Virus record (IMG/VR): IMGVR_UViG_3300037524_000670
Coordinates: 1 to 33,419 of that record
Direction: 5' to 3' (one strand)
Length of the DNA: 33,419 nt
DNA from: a virus
Taxonomy: Duplodnaviria; Caudoviricetes
Part shown: piece after piece, positions 1 through 8,689 of the stretch
Layout: each line of letters begins with the position of its first letter
How positions within the stretch are numbered: position 1 is the first letter of the stretch
The notes under the pieces: generated by a model
Told to the model about the DNA's origin: nothing
Seen by the model: only the letters and a program-made list of their open reading frames with translations
Databases searched by the model: none
Made by a program: the position numbers and the translations under genes

Positions 1-1
1 C

Positions 2-967
2 ATGTCTTTCCCCAACGTCAGTGACATCGTTGCCACCACGATCCAGTCGCGCACGCGGCAGATCGCGGACAACGTCACCAAGAACAACGCGCTGCTCAAG
101 AAGCTGGAGATGCGGGGCAACCGCAAGGCGTTCTCCGGCGGCAACGTGATCTATCAGGAACTCAGCTTCGCGCAGAACAGCAACGGCGGCTGGTACTCGG
201 GCTACGACCTGCTGCCGGTCGCTGCCTCGGACGTCATCAGCGCGGCCGAGTTCACGATCAAGCAGCTTGCCTGCCCGGTCACGATGTCCGGTCTCGAAGG
301 TCTGCAGAACGCGGGCAAGGAGCAGATGATCGACCTGCTCGAAGGCCGCATCGGCGTCGCCGAGGCCACGATGGCGAACCTGCAAGCTGCCGGCGTCTAC
401 GCCGACGGCACGGGTTCGGGCGGCAAGGAGATGACGGGCCTGAACGCTGCCGTGCCGGTCGACCCGACCACGGGCGTCTACGGCGGCATCGACCGCGCGA
501 CGTGGAACTTCTGGCGCTCGGTCTACAGCAAGCCCGGTGCCGCGCTGACGGCTTCGACCATCCAAGGCGCGATGAACGCGCTGTGGGCTCAACTGGTGCG
601 CGGTAGCGAGCGCCCGGACCTGATCCCGATGGACAGCGTGATGTGGGGCCTGTACGTCGCCTCTCTGCAGGCGCAGCAGCGCTTCACGTCGCCCGAAGTC
701 GGCAACCTCGGCTTCCCGACCCTGAAGTTCATGGACGCGGACGTCGTGCTCGACGGCGGCATCGGCGGGTTCTGCCCGGCGAAGACGCTCTTCATGTTGA
801 ACACGAAGTACATCTTCCTGCGCCCGCACTCGGCGCGCGACATGGTGCCGCTCAACCCGAACAAGCGCTACGCCGTCAACCAAGACGCCGAGGTGCAGAT
901 TCTGGCGTGGGCGGGCAACCTCACCACGTCGGGCTCGCAGTTCCAAGGCCGGCTGGAGTCTGCGTAA
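2..967 (+). CDS. Major capsid protein
   Basis: 321 aa with strongly biased codons. N-terminus (SDIVATTIQSRTRQIADNVTKNNALL) and internal motifs (YGGIDRATWNFW, YIFLRPH) resemble capsid proteins of uncultured podoviruses. Followed by a strong hairpin. Confidence 0.85.
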   Translation: MSFPNVSDIVATTIQSRTRQIADNVTKNNALLKKLEMRGNRKAFSGGNVIYQELSFAQNSNGGWYSGYDLLPVAASDVISAAEFTIKQLACPVTMSGLEGLQNAGKEQMIDLLEGRIGVAEATMANLQAAGVYADGTGSGGKEMTGLNAAVPVDPTTGVYGGIDRATWNFWRSVYSKPGAALTASTIQGAMNALWAQLVRGSERPDLIPMDSVMWGLYVASLQAQQRFTSPEVGNLGFPTLKFMDADVVLDGGIGGFCPAKTLFMLNTKYIFLRPHSARDMVPLNPNKRYAVNQDAEVQILAWAGNLTTSGSQFQGRLESA

Positions 968-981
968 GCAGACGGGGTAAG

Positions 982-1005
982 ACGAAGGGGCTTCGGCCCC
1001 TTCGT
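982..1005 (+). terminator. UUCG-loop hairpin after capsid gene (leaky terminator or mRNA stabiliser)
   Basis: ACGAAGGGGC-TTCG-GCCCCTTCGT, a 10-bp perfect stem followed by only a weak U tract. Confidence 0.7.
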
Positions 1006-1030
1006 TGCCTTCAACTCTGAGGAGCAACAC

Positions 1031-1633
1031 ATGGCTGCATCTCTTCCCGGCGCGACCCCCGCGCAAAACGCTGCGAACCCGTCGCAAGGGCGCGCAGTGA
1101 TGATCGACCCGCTGTCGGGACCGAAGGGCTCCCCGTTCGGCGGACGCACGCTCTCGTTCGACGCGAACGGCCACGCCGTTTACACGCCGGACCCGGCGAA
1201 CCTGTCGACGGGCGCGCTCTCGACCGGCATCGGCTTCGGCTCGCCGCCGATCATCGGGCCGACCGCTCCCGCGTCCATCCGGGCTGCGGGCTTCAGCGAC
1301 GACTACACGCCGGGCGTGACGAAGCCCAGCGGCGTTGCCGCGACCGACTCGACGCTGGTCTACATCGGCGGCGGGCGCAGCGATGCCAACGGCCTGCCGA
1401 ACCCCTACGACGAGAGCGCGGTTGCGCTGGCGATGGCGGGCAACGGCGGCTCGCGCGACGCGGGCGCAGGTCCGGCCTTCACCGGCTTCGGTGTAAAGAC
1501 CGTGACGGCAACGGGCGCGGTGGCGAACGGCGCAGCGGTCGAGACCGGCTTCACGAACCGCAGCGGCGTCGCGCTGAAGGCGGGCGAGTCGGTCTTCGGT
1601 TCGGCGACGGCGGCGAACGCAGCGCCGGTCTAA
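1031..1633 (+). CDS. Gly/Ala-rich virion structural protein (possible capsid decoration)
   Basis: 200 aa, GAGGAG RBS, directly after the capsid gene, highly biased codons. Confidence 0.55.
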   Translation: MAASLPGATPAQNAANPSQGRAVMIDPLSGPKGSPFGGRTLSFDANGHAVYTPDPANLSTGALSTGIGFGSPPIIGPTAPASIRAAGFSDDYTPGVTKPSGVAATDSTLVYIGGGRSDANGLPNPYDESAVALAMAGNGGSRDAGAGPAFTGFGVKTVTATGAVANGAAVETGFTNRSGVALKAGESVFGSATAANAAPV

Positions 1634-1636
1634 GCG

Positions 1637-2041
1637 ATGAACGCGGGCGTTCTCGCGTTTGACGGCACGGGAAGGATCAAGGCGCTTGACGTCGCTGATT
1701 TTCCCGTGCCGTATTTCAACGGCGGCACGCCGACAGGCAACCTTGGGTCGCTTGTCGCCGCCACCTTTGCGTCCGGCTTCACTCCACAGGTGTGGGTCGG
1801 TGGTTTGCCCTACACCCTGACGGGTGCGTTGGTGGTGGACTTCTTCGGGGCCATCGACCACCACGTCGCAGGCATCCCGATCACCGTGAACGGCTGCGTG
1901 GCGGTCGATGCGGGCGATGCAGTCAAGTGGACGCCGGGCGGCATCCCGCTCAGCGTCATCAACAAGGTCTGCCTTGCGGTAACCGAGCCCGTCGACATCC
2001 ACGCCTTCAACAACGGTTTCGACCAGCAGGCCTTCTCATGA
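1637..2041 (+). CDS. Hypothetical virion protein
   Basis: 134 aa in the structural operon, tight spacing, ATGA overlap with the next ORF. Confidence 0.55.
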   Translation: MNAGVLAFDGTGRIKALDVADFPVPYFNGGTPTGNLGSLVAATFASGFTPQVWVGGLPYTLTGALVVDFFGAIDHHVAGIPITVNGCVAVDAGDAVKWTPGGIPLSVINKVCLAVTEPVDIHAFNNGFDQQAFS

Positions 2042-2172
2042 CGCTTCAGGAACTGCGCGACGGCATCAATCGCGAACTGCCTGACAACGACCAGCAGCAG
2101 ATCACGCCGGCCAAGCTCCGCGTGGTGCTGTTGCTGATCGTGCAGGCCATTGCTGACGGGGTGGACGCATGA
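2038..2172 (+). CDS. 44-aa protein resembling the N-terminus of the next gene
   Basis: MTLQELRDGINRELPDNDQQQITPAKLR...; ATGA overlaps at both ends. It is the 3' part of track ORF 1792..2172. Confidence 0.65.
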   Translation: MTLQELRDGINRELPDNDQQQITPAKLRVVLLLIVQAIADGVDA

Positions 2173-2741
2173 CCATCAAATCTATCGCCGAACTGCTGGC
2201 GCAGGCCGACGCAACGCTGCCTGACAACACGACGCAGGAGATCTCGCCCGCCGACGTGCGGCAGATGTTCAGGGACTTCCTCGACACGATTGCGCCGGCT
2301 TACGGCGTGATTGCGTGCAGCAGCACGACCGAGACCCTGAGCGCGACGCCGCAGGTGTTAGCGCCTTTCACGTCTGCACTTGCAGCAGTCGCGGGCTACT
2401 ACACCACGAACCTTACGAACGGCAGCGTGACTCGGCTTGTGCAGACTGCCGGGCTTGCTGGCGCGACGGACTTCGTCGTGGCGTCGGGCTCGGTCGCAGG
2501 CGCGAACAACGCGAACGTGCTGGTCGAGCTTTACAAGAACGGCGTCGCCACTGGCTACAAGGCCAGCGTGACCTGCAGCGGCGCCGGTGACGAGCAGGGC
2601 TTCAACATCGCGGGCATCACCTACACGCCCGCGCCGGGTGATGCCGTGTACGACCTGCGCGCTACGGGGCCAGCGGGCAGCTACGTCTTCGCGGACGTGA
2701 CCCTCGTGATTCAGGCCCAACCTGTCCGTTCATTTGTCTAG
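2169..2741 (+). CDS. Putative virion appendage/structural protein
   Basis: 190 aa, short N-terminal helical motif (LPDNTTQEISPADVR) followed by a beta-rich region. Confidence 0.6.
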   Translation: MTIKSIAELLAQADATLPDNTTQEISPADVRQMFRDFLDTIAPAYGVIACSSTTETLSATPQVLAPFTSALAAVAGYYTTNLTNGSVTRLVQTAGLAGATDFVVASGSVAGANNANVLVELYKNGVATGYKASVTCSGAGDEQGFNIAGITYTPAPGDAVYDLRATGPAGSYVFADVTLVIQAQPVRSFV

Positions 2742-2750
2742 GAGAAGCCC

Positions 2751-3050
2751 ATGAAGACTGTCGCTGCTGTACTGCTGATGCTGTTCTCGCTCGTGATGAT
2801 GTCGTCGACCGCGCTGGCGCAGGACGCCAAGATCACCGATGCGCAGAAGCTCGGTGTCGCGCTGCTGGCCGCCGAAGGCATCACCGCGCTCGTGCTCGGC
2901 CCCGTCGTGCTGCCCGCCGCCATCGCTACAGGCACGCAGGAGCAACTGTGCGCGGCCATGAAAGGCAAGTACGACCCGAAGGCCGCTGACCAGTGCGCCG
3001 GCGGTTCGTGGCTGCGCCTTATTCCGATTCTCAAGAATCTGCGCGACTAA
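2751..3050 (+). CDS. Exported/membrane protein with signal peptide
   Basis: AGGAG RBS; MKT + hydrophobic core + ALA-Q cleavage-like site; a second hydrophobic segment; two Cys. Confidence 0.6.
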   Translation: MKTVAAVLLMLFSLVMMSSTALAQDAKITDAQKLGVALLAAEGITALVLGPVVLPAAIATGTQEQLCAAMKGKYDPKAADQCAGGSWLRLIPILKNLRD

Positions 3051-3097
3051 CTCGCGCAGTGTTGTTCCACCGTCGTCAACTCAAAAGGAAAATTCAA

Positions 3098-3730
3098 ATG
3101 CTCTCAGCCGCAGAAGTCGAGGCCAAGCAAAACGCCACACCCACGGACTGGTCGACCTATGACCAGCAACTCACCGAGCGCAGTGACGAGAACGCGTCGC
3201 GCTTCGCGGCTGACAGCAAGCTGCACGTCCGCTTCTTCATGCGCGCGAAGTACAACCCGGACCTCAGTGCCGAGCAGAACCGGCCGATCTACGAGGACAC
3301 CGAGTACGTCGAGATCATGATGCCGGGCGAGAAGCACAACATCATCTCGCGGCCTGCCGCGTCGATGCGCGACGACCTGCGCTTCCCGAAGCAGTACGCG
3401 CAGTTCAAGGCCGGGCAGGAGGATCAGGTCGTCGGCACCCCGCTCAAGGTGCTGCCGTTCCTCTCCGAGGCCCGTGTCGCGGAACTCGCGTACTTCAAGA
3501 TCCGCACGGTCGAGCAACTCGCCGAACTCTCGGACACCGTGAACTTCATGGGCGTGCAGGAACTGAAGCAGAAGGCGAAGAAGTTCCTGTCGGCCATGAC
3601 CAGTGGCGAGCAACTCGCGGAGCAGAACCGCAGCCTGCAGGCGCAGCTTGACGAGATGCGCGCCATGATCGAGCAGATGACGGCGCCGAAGGGCAAGAAG
3701 CAGCCGGCCGAAGTTGACCCGCTGACGTAA
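3098..3730 (+). CDS. Conserved phage protein (HhH-like segment plus C-terminal coiled coil)
   Basis: Start moved to ATG 3098 behind AAGGA. IRTVEQLAELSD motif; located before the head-tail adaptor gene. Confidence 0.6.
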   Translation: MLSAAEVEAKQNATPTDWSTYDQQLTERSDENASRFAADSKLHVRFFMRAKYNPDLSAEQNRPIYEDTEYVEIMMPGEKHNIISRPAASMRDDLRFPKQYAQFKAGQEDQVVGTPLKVLPFLSEARVAELAYFKIRTVEQLAELSDTVNFMGVQELKQKAKKFLSAMTSGEQLAEQNRSLQAQLDEMRAMIEQMTAPKGKKQPAEVDPLT

Positions 3731-3745
3731 CAGGAAAGGGTAGCG

Positions 3746-4522
3746 ATGCCGATCTATCAGATGACGAATGAGCAGACGCTCGCGTCTGTCATTCAGACTT
3801 GCAGCAGATTGCTGTCGCTACCCATTCCGTCGGACCCGGCGGGGTCGGAAGACCCCAACACCGTCTTGATGCGGACGGTGGTGAATCTCGCTTCGCTTGA
3901 GATGCTGAACACCTACGAGTGGGCGGATCTCACGAAGATGGCGAGCATCGACGTCTTCACGGCCGCGCCGCCGTCGAGCACGCAGGCGACCGAGACCGCA
4001 TTCGATCTGCCCGAGGACTTCTACCGCTTCATCGACCAGACGCAGTGGAACGGCGCGATGCGCTTCCCTGCGGTCGGCCCGGTGGCGCCGCAGGGCTGGA
4101 TGACCTACATGGTCTTTCCGATCAGCGCGAACTTTACGCTGACGTGGCAGATCCGCGAAGGCAAGATCTGGTTCCTCAATGCGCCGCCTGCGCCGGGGCA
4201 GCAGTTCCGCTTCATGTACCTGTCGCGTGCGCTGGTGCAGGACGCCGACAACCCGGACCTCTACAAGAACGTCGCCAGCAAGAACGGCGACAAGTTCATT
4301 CTCGACGGGCTGCTGATGACGCTGATGACGCGCGTTAAGTGGCTCGAAGCGAAGGGCTTCGACAGCAGCGCGGCGCTGCGCGACTTCATGCTCGCGTTCG
4401 ACTCGCGCGTCGGCGCGCAGAAGGGCGCGAACATCCTGAACATGGCCGGTGGCCGCCACGACTACCCGTACATCGGCATCGGCAACCTGCCCGAGGCCTC
4501 GCTCTACGGGATGCGCCGCTGA
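3746..4522 (+). CDS. Head-tail adaptor / tail tubular protein A
   Basis: 258 aa, FDLPEDFYRFIDQTQW motif, synteny upstream of the nozzle gene. Confidence 0.65.
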   Translation: MPIYQMTNEQTLASVIQTCSRLLSLPIPSDPAGSEDPNTVLMRTVVNLASLEMLNTYEWADLTKMASIDVFTAAPPSSTQATETAFDLPEDFYRFIDQTQWNGAMRFPAVGPVAPQGWMTYMVFPISANFTLTWQIREGKIWFLNAPPAPGQQFRFMYLSRALVQDADNPDLYKNVASKNGDKFILDGLLMTLMTRVKWLEAKGFDSSAALRDFMLAFDSRVGAQKGANILNMAGGRHDYPYIGIGNLPEASLYGMRR

Positions 4523-4761
4523 TGGCCCTGCCTGCCGTCCCTGTTGGCTGGACCCCGATGGAGGAGGTGATCGAAGAGGTGCCGAATCCGAACTTCGGCA
4601 CGGCCTACGGCCAGAACTACTTCGTTCGCGTGACCTACCGCACGACGTGGCCCGAGCGCAATCTGACTGTGTCTGACGGCAGCATGGACGCGTGCGCGTC
4701 GCAGGCCTTCGCGCTGGCGCAGTCGCAGACCCAGCGCGCAAGCGAAGGACAGCCGGTATGA
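4522..4761 (+). CDS. Hypothetical 79-aa protein
   Basis: TGATG and ATGA overlaps couple it to both neighbours. Confidence 0.55.
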   Translation: MALPAVPVGWTPMEEVIEEVPNPNFGTAYGQNYFVRVTYRTTWPERNLTVSDGSMDACASQAFALAQSQTQRASEGQPV

Positions 4762-6389
4762 GCCTCGTCCCCTACAACAACCCGCGCCGGGTCATCCCGC
4801 GCCGTAGCTCGGCGACGAAGACGCACCAGATCTTCGCTTTCCAAGCCCCGATCAAGGGCCTCGACATCTCGCAGCCGCTGCCCGGTGGCGATCCGTTGAC
4901 GGCGATCCGCCTCATCAACATGGTGCCGCGCGTGCTCGGGTGCCAACTGCGCGCGGGCTACAAGCGCTGGTGCGGCAACATGGGCGGCGAGATCCGCACG
5001 CTCGCGGTCTATCAGCCTGCGCTCGCGTCGGAGGAACAGTTCTTCGCGGGCAGCAGCAACGGCAATGTCTACGACGTGACCGGGACCCTGCCCGGCGCGA
5101 CGGTGCCGCCGATTGCGTTCACCTCGCTCGGCTCGCTCTTCGACGGCGAGTACTCGGCCACGAACTTCACCACGAGTGCCGGCGTGCACTACCTCGTGAT
5201 GGTGTCCGAGGGCGCGGGCATGTGGATCTACGACGGCTCGACGTGGACCCAAGTCGTGCAAGGCACGGGCGCGCTGCAGATCGAAGGCGTCGACCCCGCG
5301 CTGTTCGACTATGTGATGATCTGGAAGTCGCGTCTATGGTTCATCGAGAAAGACTCGACCCGTGCGTGGTATCTGCCCGTCGGTCAGGTTGCGGGCAAGG
5401 CGACGGCGTTTGACTTCGGTTCATTGCTGGCGAACGGGGGCTCGCTCGCGGCGCTCACGAACTGGACCGTGGACGGCGGCGAAGGCATGGACGACAACTT
5501 CGTCGTTGTGTCGACGCAGGGCGACATCCTGATCTATCGCGGCACCGACCCGGACGAGGCCTCAACCTTCAGCATGGTCGGGCGCTGGTTCATCGGGCGC
5601 GTGCCCGTCGGCCGCCGGTTCCTGACGCAGTTCAGCAGCGACATCGCCATCCTGTCGGAGCGCGGTGTGTGCTTCCTGTCGGAACTGCTGCGCGGGCAGG
5701 GCTTCTTCACGAACGCGACCATCGCGCAGAACGTGAACGCCGAACTCGCGGCGCAGGTCGCGCAGCGGCTCGACAGCCGGTACTGGGAGATCGTCTTCCT
5801 GCCGCACGAGCAACTGATCGTCATCAACGCACCGGCGACCGCGAGCGGCGAGATTCAGTGGGCGTATGAGGTCAACAACAAGGCCTTCTGCACGCTAAAG
5901 GGCATGCCGATGCTCACGGTGCAGAGCCTCGGCGGCCGGACCTACTTCGGTGACACCGAGGGCAATGTGTGGCTCGGGTTCGAGGGCAACGCCGACGGCA
6001 CCGTCGATGACGTCACGGGCAAGGACCTCGAAGGCTCGGTCGTCTCTGCCTTCGTGTCGCTGGGTGAAGGCGTGCGCGTGAAACGGTTCCTGATGGTGCG
6101 GCCGAGCTTCATCTCGCGCAGCCAGCCAGCGGTGCAGGCGCGGCTGAATCCTGACTGGTCTTTTGCGCTGCCTGCCGGCGCGCCGAATTACCTCGCTGCT
6201 GGTGAGTCGCTGTGGGACAGCGCGCTGTGGAACACGGCGGTGTGGAGCGGCGAGACCCAGACCTACGAGGTCTGGGTCGGCGCCGTCGGCACGGGGCGCT
6301 ATGCCTCGCTCTCGATCAACGTGCGCGGCGAGGCCGACACGATCTTCGTCGGCTGGCAGGCGCTGGCCGAGCCCGGTGGCATCCTGTGA
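4758..6389 (+). CDS. Tail nozzle / tubular protein B (P22 gp10-like DNA stabilisation protein)
   Basis: Start ATG 4758; about 543 aa, beta-propeller-like Trp/Gly pattern, C-terminal WDSALWNTAVW repeats; position after the adaptor. Confidence 0.7.
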   Translation: MSLVPYNNPRRVIPRRSSATKTHQIFAFQAPIKGLDISQPLPGGDPLTAIRLINMVPRVLGCQLRAGYKRWCGNMGGEIRTLAVYQPALASEEQFFAGSSNGNVYDVTGTLPGATVPPIAFTSLGSLFDGEYSATNFTTSAGVHYLVMVSEGAGMWIYDGSTWTQVVQGTGALQIEGVDPALFDYVMIWKSRLWFIEKDSTRAWYLPVGQVAGKATAFDFGSLLANGGSLAALTNWTVDGGEGMDDNFVVVSTQGDILIYRGTDPDEASTFSMVGRWFIGRVPVGRRFLTQFSSDIAILSERGVCFLSELLRGQGFFTNATIAQNVNAELAAQVAQRLDSRYWEIVFLPHEQLIVINAPATASGEIQWAYEVNNKAFCTLKGMPMLTVQSLGGRTYFGDTEGNVWLGFEGNADGTVDDVTGKDLEGSVVSAFVSLGEGVRVKRFLMVRPSFISRSQPAVQARLNPDWSFALPAGAPNYLAAGESLWDSALWNTAVWSGETQTYEVWVGAVGTGRYASLSINVRGEADTIFVGWQALAEPGGIL

Positions 6390-6823
6390 TCACGACCGCG
6401 CATCAGGACCTGCTCGCGTCGTGGCTGTGCTCGCGGATCGGCTACATCCCGTCGCAGGCCATCAAGTGCATCGGCAACATGATCGACGGCAAGATCGTCG
6501 GCGTGGTCGGGTTCGACGGATACAACGGCGCCAGCGTGATGATGCACGTCGCTGGCGATGGCAACTGGTGCACCCGGTCGCTGCTGTTCGCGGCCTTCGA
6601 CTACCCGTTTAAACGGCTTCGGTGCAAAATGGTGATCGGCCTCGTGCCGAGCGGGAACCGGGAGGCGCTGCGCTTCAACGAGCGGCTGGGCTTCAAGGTC
6701 GAGAACGAACTGCACGACGCGCACCCTGACGGCTCGCTGGTGCTGATGACGATGCGGCGCGACGAGTGCCGCTGGACGGAGGAAAGATATGGGAAAGAAG
6801 TCCGCACCACCGCCGGCTCCTGA
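6386..6823 (+). CDS. GNAT-family acetyltransferase-like protein (T7 gp13 position)
   Basis: GTG start in a GTGA overlap. N..ALRFNERLGFKVE is GNAT motif B. Sits between nozzle and ejection genes. Confidence 0.75.
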   Translation: MITTAHQDLLASWLCSRIGYIPSQAIKCIGNMIDGKIVGVVGFDGYNGASVMMHVAGDGNWCTRSLLFAAFDYPFKRLRCKMVIGLVPSGNREALRFNERLGFKVENELHDAHPDGSLVLMTMRRDECRWTEERYGKEVRTTAGS

Positions 6824-8282
6824 CTACACGCAGGCAGCGGAGCGCACTGCGCAGTCGTCGCAGGAGGCGCAGACGCGCGCTGACTGGGCCAACCGTCCCA
6901 CCATCAATACACCGTGGGGGCAGCAGTCGTGGCAGGCGCAGGCCGGGACAGATCCGTCGACCGGCCAGCCGATCACGAACTGGACCCAGAACCTGACGCT
7001 GTCGCCGCAGCAGCAGGCCGCGCTCAATGCGCAGATGGCGCTGGAGCAGGGCCGCAGCGAACTCGGCCAGTCGTTCATGGGCCGGGTGCAGGATGCCTAC
7101 TCGAAGCCCTTCAACTGGGGCGGGATGCAGGGCTACGGCCAGACCCCGCAGGCCGGCGGCAGCGAGGCGTGGCTCACGGGTGGCGCGGGTCAGGGCGTGC
7201 AGAACAAGGTCGCTGGCTCGGGTCAGGGCATCCAGTCGCAACTGCAAGGCGCGGGGCAGGGCATGATGGCCGGCGTCGACCGCAGCCAACTCGGTGCGAT
7301 GCCGGACACCAGCCAAGCGGCGCGTGCCCGGATCGAAGACGCGATGATGGCGCGGATGCAGCCGCAGCATCAGCAGGCGCAGGCCGGGCTCGAAGGCAAG
7401 CTCCAGAACATGGGCCTGACGCGCGGCAGCGAAGCGTGGAACCGTGAGATGCAGCGCCTCGGCGACCAGCAGTCGCGCGAACGCTTCAACGCGCTCGACC
7501 GTGGCCTCGCCGAGCAGCAGGGTCAGTTCGGCATGGACATGCAAGGCCGTCAGCAGGGCTGGCAGGAGATGCTGGGCCAAGGCCAGTTCCAGAATCAGGC
7601 GCAGCAGCAGGCCTTCAATCAGGCCGCGCAGGCGGGGCAGTTCGGCAACGCCGCGCAGCAGCAGGCGTGGCAGCAGAACCTCGCCAACGCGCAGTTCGGC
7701 AATCAGGCCCAGCAGCAGGGCTGGCAGCAGGCGCTCGGCCAGAACCAGCAGAACTTCGCGCAGCAACAGGCCGCGCAAGGGCAGAACTTCAACCAGCAGA
7801 TGCAGGCTGCGCAGTACCAGAATCAGTTGCGGCAGCAGCAGATCGCTGAAGAGCAGATGCGTCGCGGGATGTCGCTGAACGAGATGAACGCGCTGCTGAG
7901 TGGTCAGCAGGTCGGCATGCCGCAGATGCCGAGCTTCAACACCTCGCAGAGCGCGGGCGGCGTGAACTATTCCGGCGCGGCCGGTCAGCAGTACAACGCC
8001 GCGATGGATGCCTTCAACGTCAAGCAGCAGCAACAGCAGTCGATGATGTCGGGGCTGGGCTCGCTCGCTGGCATGGCGGGCATGTTCATGTCCGACGTCC
8101 GGCTGAAGTCGGACATCGTGCGTGTCGGCACGCACCCGGTCGGCGTCGGCATCTACGAGTACGAGATCTTCGGCCGCCGCGAGCGCGGTGTGCTGGCGCA
8201 AGAACTGCAGGAGGTCCGGCCCGACCTCGTGCACGTCCACGACTCGGGCTACCTGATGGTGAACTACGGAGGGCTGCAATGA
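6789..8282 (+). CDS. Gln-rich ejection/pilot protein with C-terminal peptidase S74-like intramolecular chaperone
   Basis: MGKKSAPPPAPDY start typical of podovirus ejection proteins; Q-rich repeats; SDVRLKSDI...GVLAQEL...YLMVNY S74 signature. Confidence 0.75.
   Translation: MGKKSAPPPAPDYTQAAERTAQSSQEAQTRADWANRPTINTPWGQQSWQAQAGTDPSTGQPITNWTQNLTLSPQQQAALNAQMALEQGRSELGQSFMGRVQDAYSKPFNWGGMQGYGQTPQAGGSEAWLTGGAGQGVQNKVAGSGQGIQSQLQGAGQGMMAGVDRSQLGAMPDTSQAARARIEDAMMARMQPQHQQAQAGLEGKLQNMGLTRGSEAWNREMQRLGDQQSRERFNALDRGLAEQQGQFGMDMQGRQQGWQEMLGQGQFQNQAQQQAFNQAAQAGQFGNAAQQQAWQQNLANAQFGNQAQQQGWQQALGQNQQNFAQQQAAQGQNFNQQMQAAQYQNQLRQQQIAEEQMRRGMSLNEMNALLSGQQVGMPQMPSFNTSQSAGGVNYSGAAGQQYNAAMDAFNVKQQQQQSMMSGLGSLAGMAGMFMSDVRLKSDIVRVGTHPVGVGIYEYEIFGRRERGVLAQELQEVRPDLVHVHDSGYLMVNYGGLQ
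7584..7745 (+). repeat. 3 x 54-bp (18-aa) coding tandem repeat
   Basis: QFQNQAQQQAFNQAAQAG / QFGNAAQQQAWQQNLANA / QFGNQAQQQGWQQALGQN, starting at 7584, 7638 and 7692. Confidence 0.8.
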
Positions 8283-8680
8283 ATCCCGGTCAGACTGGAC
8301 AGTCGATGGACCCGATGATGCTCGACTACCTGCTGGAGATGGGCGCGCTGACGCCCGAGCAGGAACAACTCGCGCGCCAGCGCCAACTGGTGCAAGGCCT
8401 GCGCGAGTCGTCGAGCATGGAGAACGTGCGCGACACCCGCAACGCCGGCCGGATGCAGGTCGCGCGCTCCCCGCTGGAGATGCTCGCGCCCGCAATCGGT
8501 CAGGGCCTCGCCGCGTACAAGGACAAGGGCCTCGACACGCAGGCCGCCGCGCTGAAGCAGAAGCGGCTCGAAGGCATCAAGAGCCTGCGCAGCCGCTGGG
8601 CGCAGCCGCAGGACCCCGAGGCCGCTGGCGGCCTGCAGGGGCTCGGTGGCACGCCGGACTTCATGCCGGGCAGCTACTAG
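8279..8680 (+). CDS. Putative internal virion protein
   Basis: 133 aa, helical, ATGA overlap, within the ejection module. Confidence 0.55.
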   Translation: MNPGQTGQSMDPMMLDYLLEMGALTPEQEQLARQRQLVQGLRESSSMENVRDTRNAGRMQVARSPLEMLAPAIGQGLAAYKDKGLDTQAAALKQKRLEGIKSLRSRWAQPQDPEAAGGLQGLGGTPDFMPGSY

Positions 8681-8689
8681 GGAGCAACG

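Noticed and set aside
940-1030. Capsid read-through or frameshift extension
   Set aside because: No slippery heptamer before the TAA; the next gene has its own RBS.
6693-8495. 600-aa minus-strand ORF
   Set aside because: Antisense shadow of the Gln-rich ejection gene (CAG read as CTG gives Leu runs); long shadow ORFs are expected at high GC.
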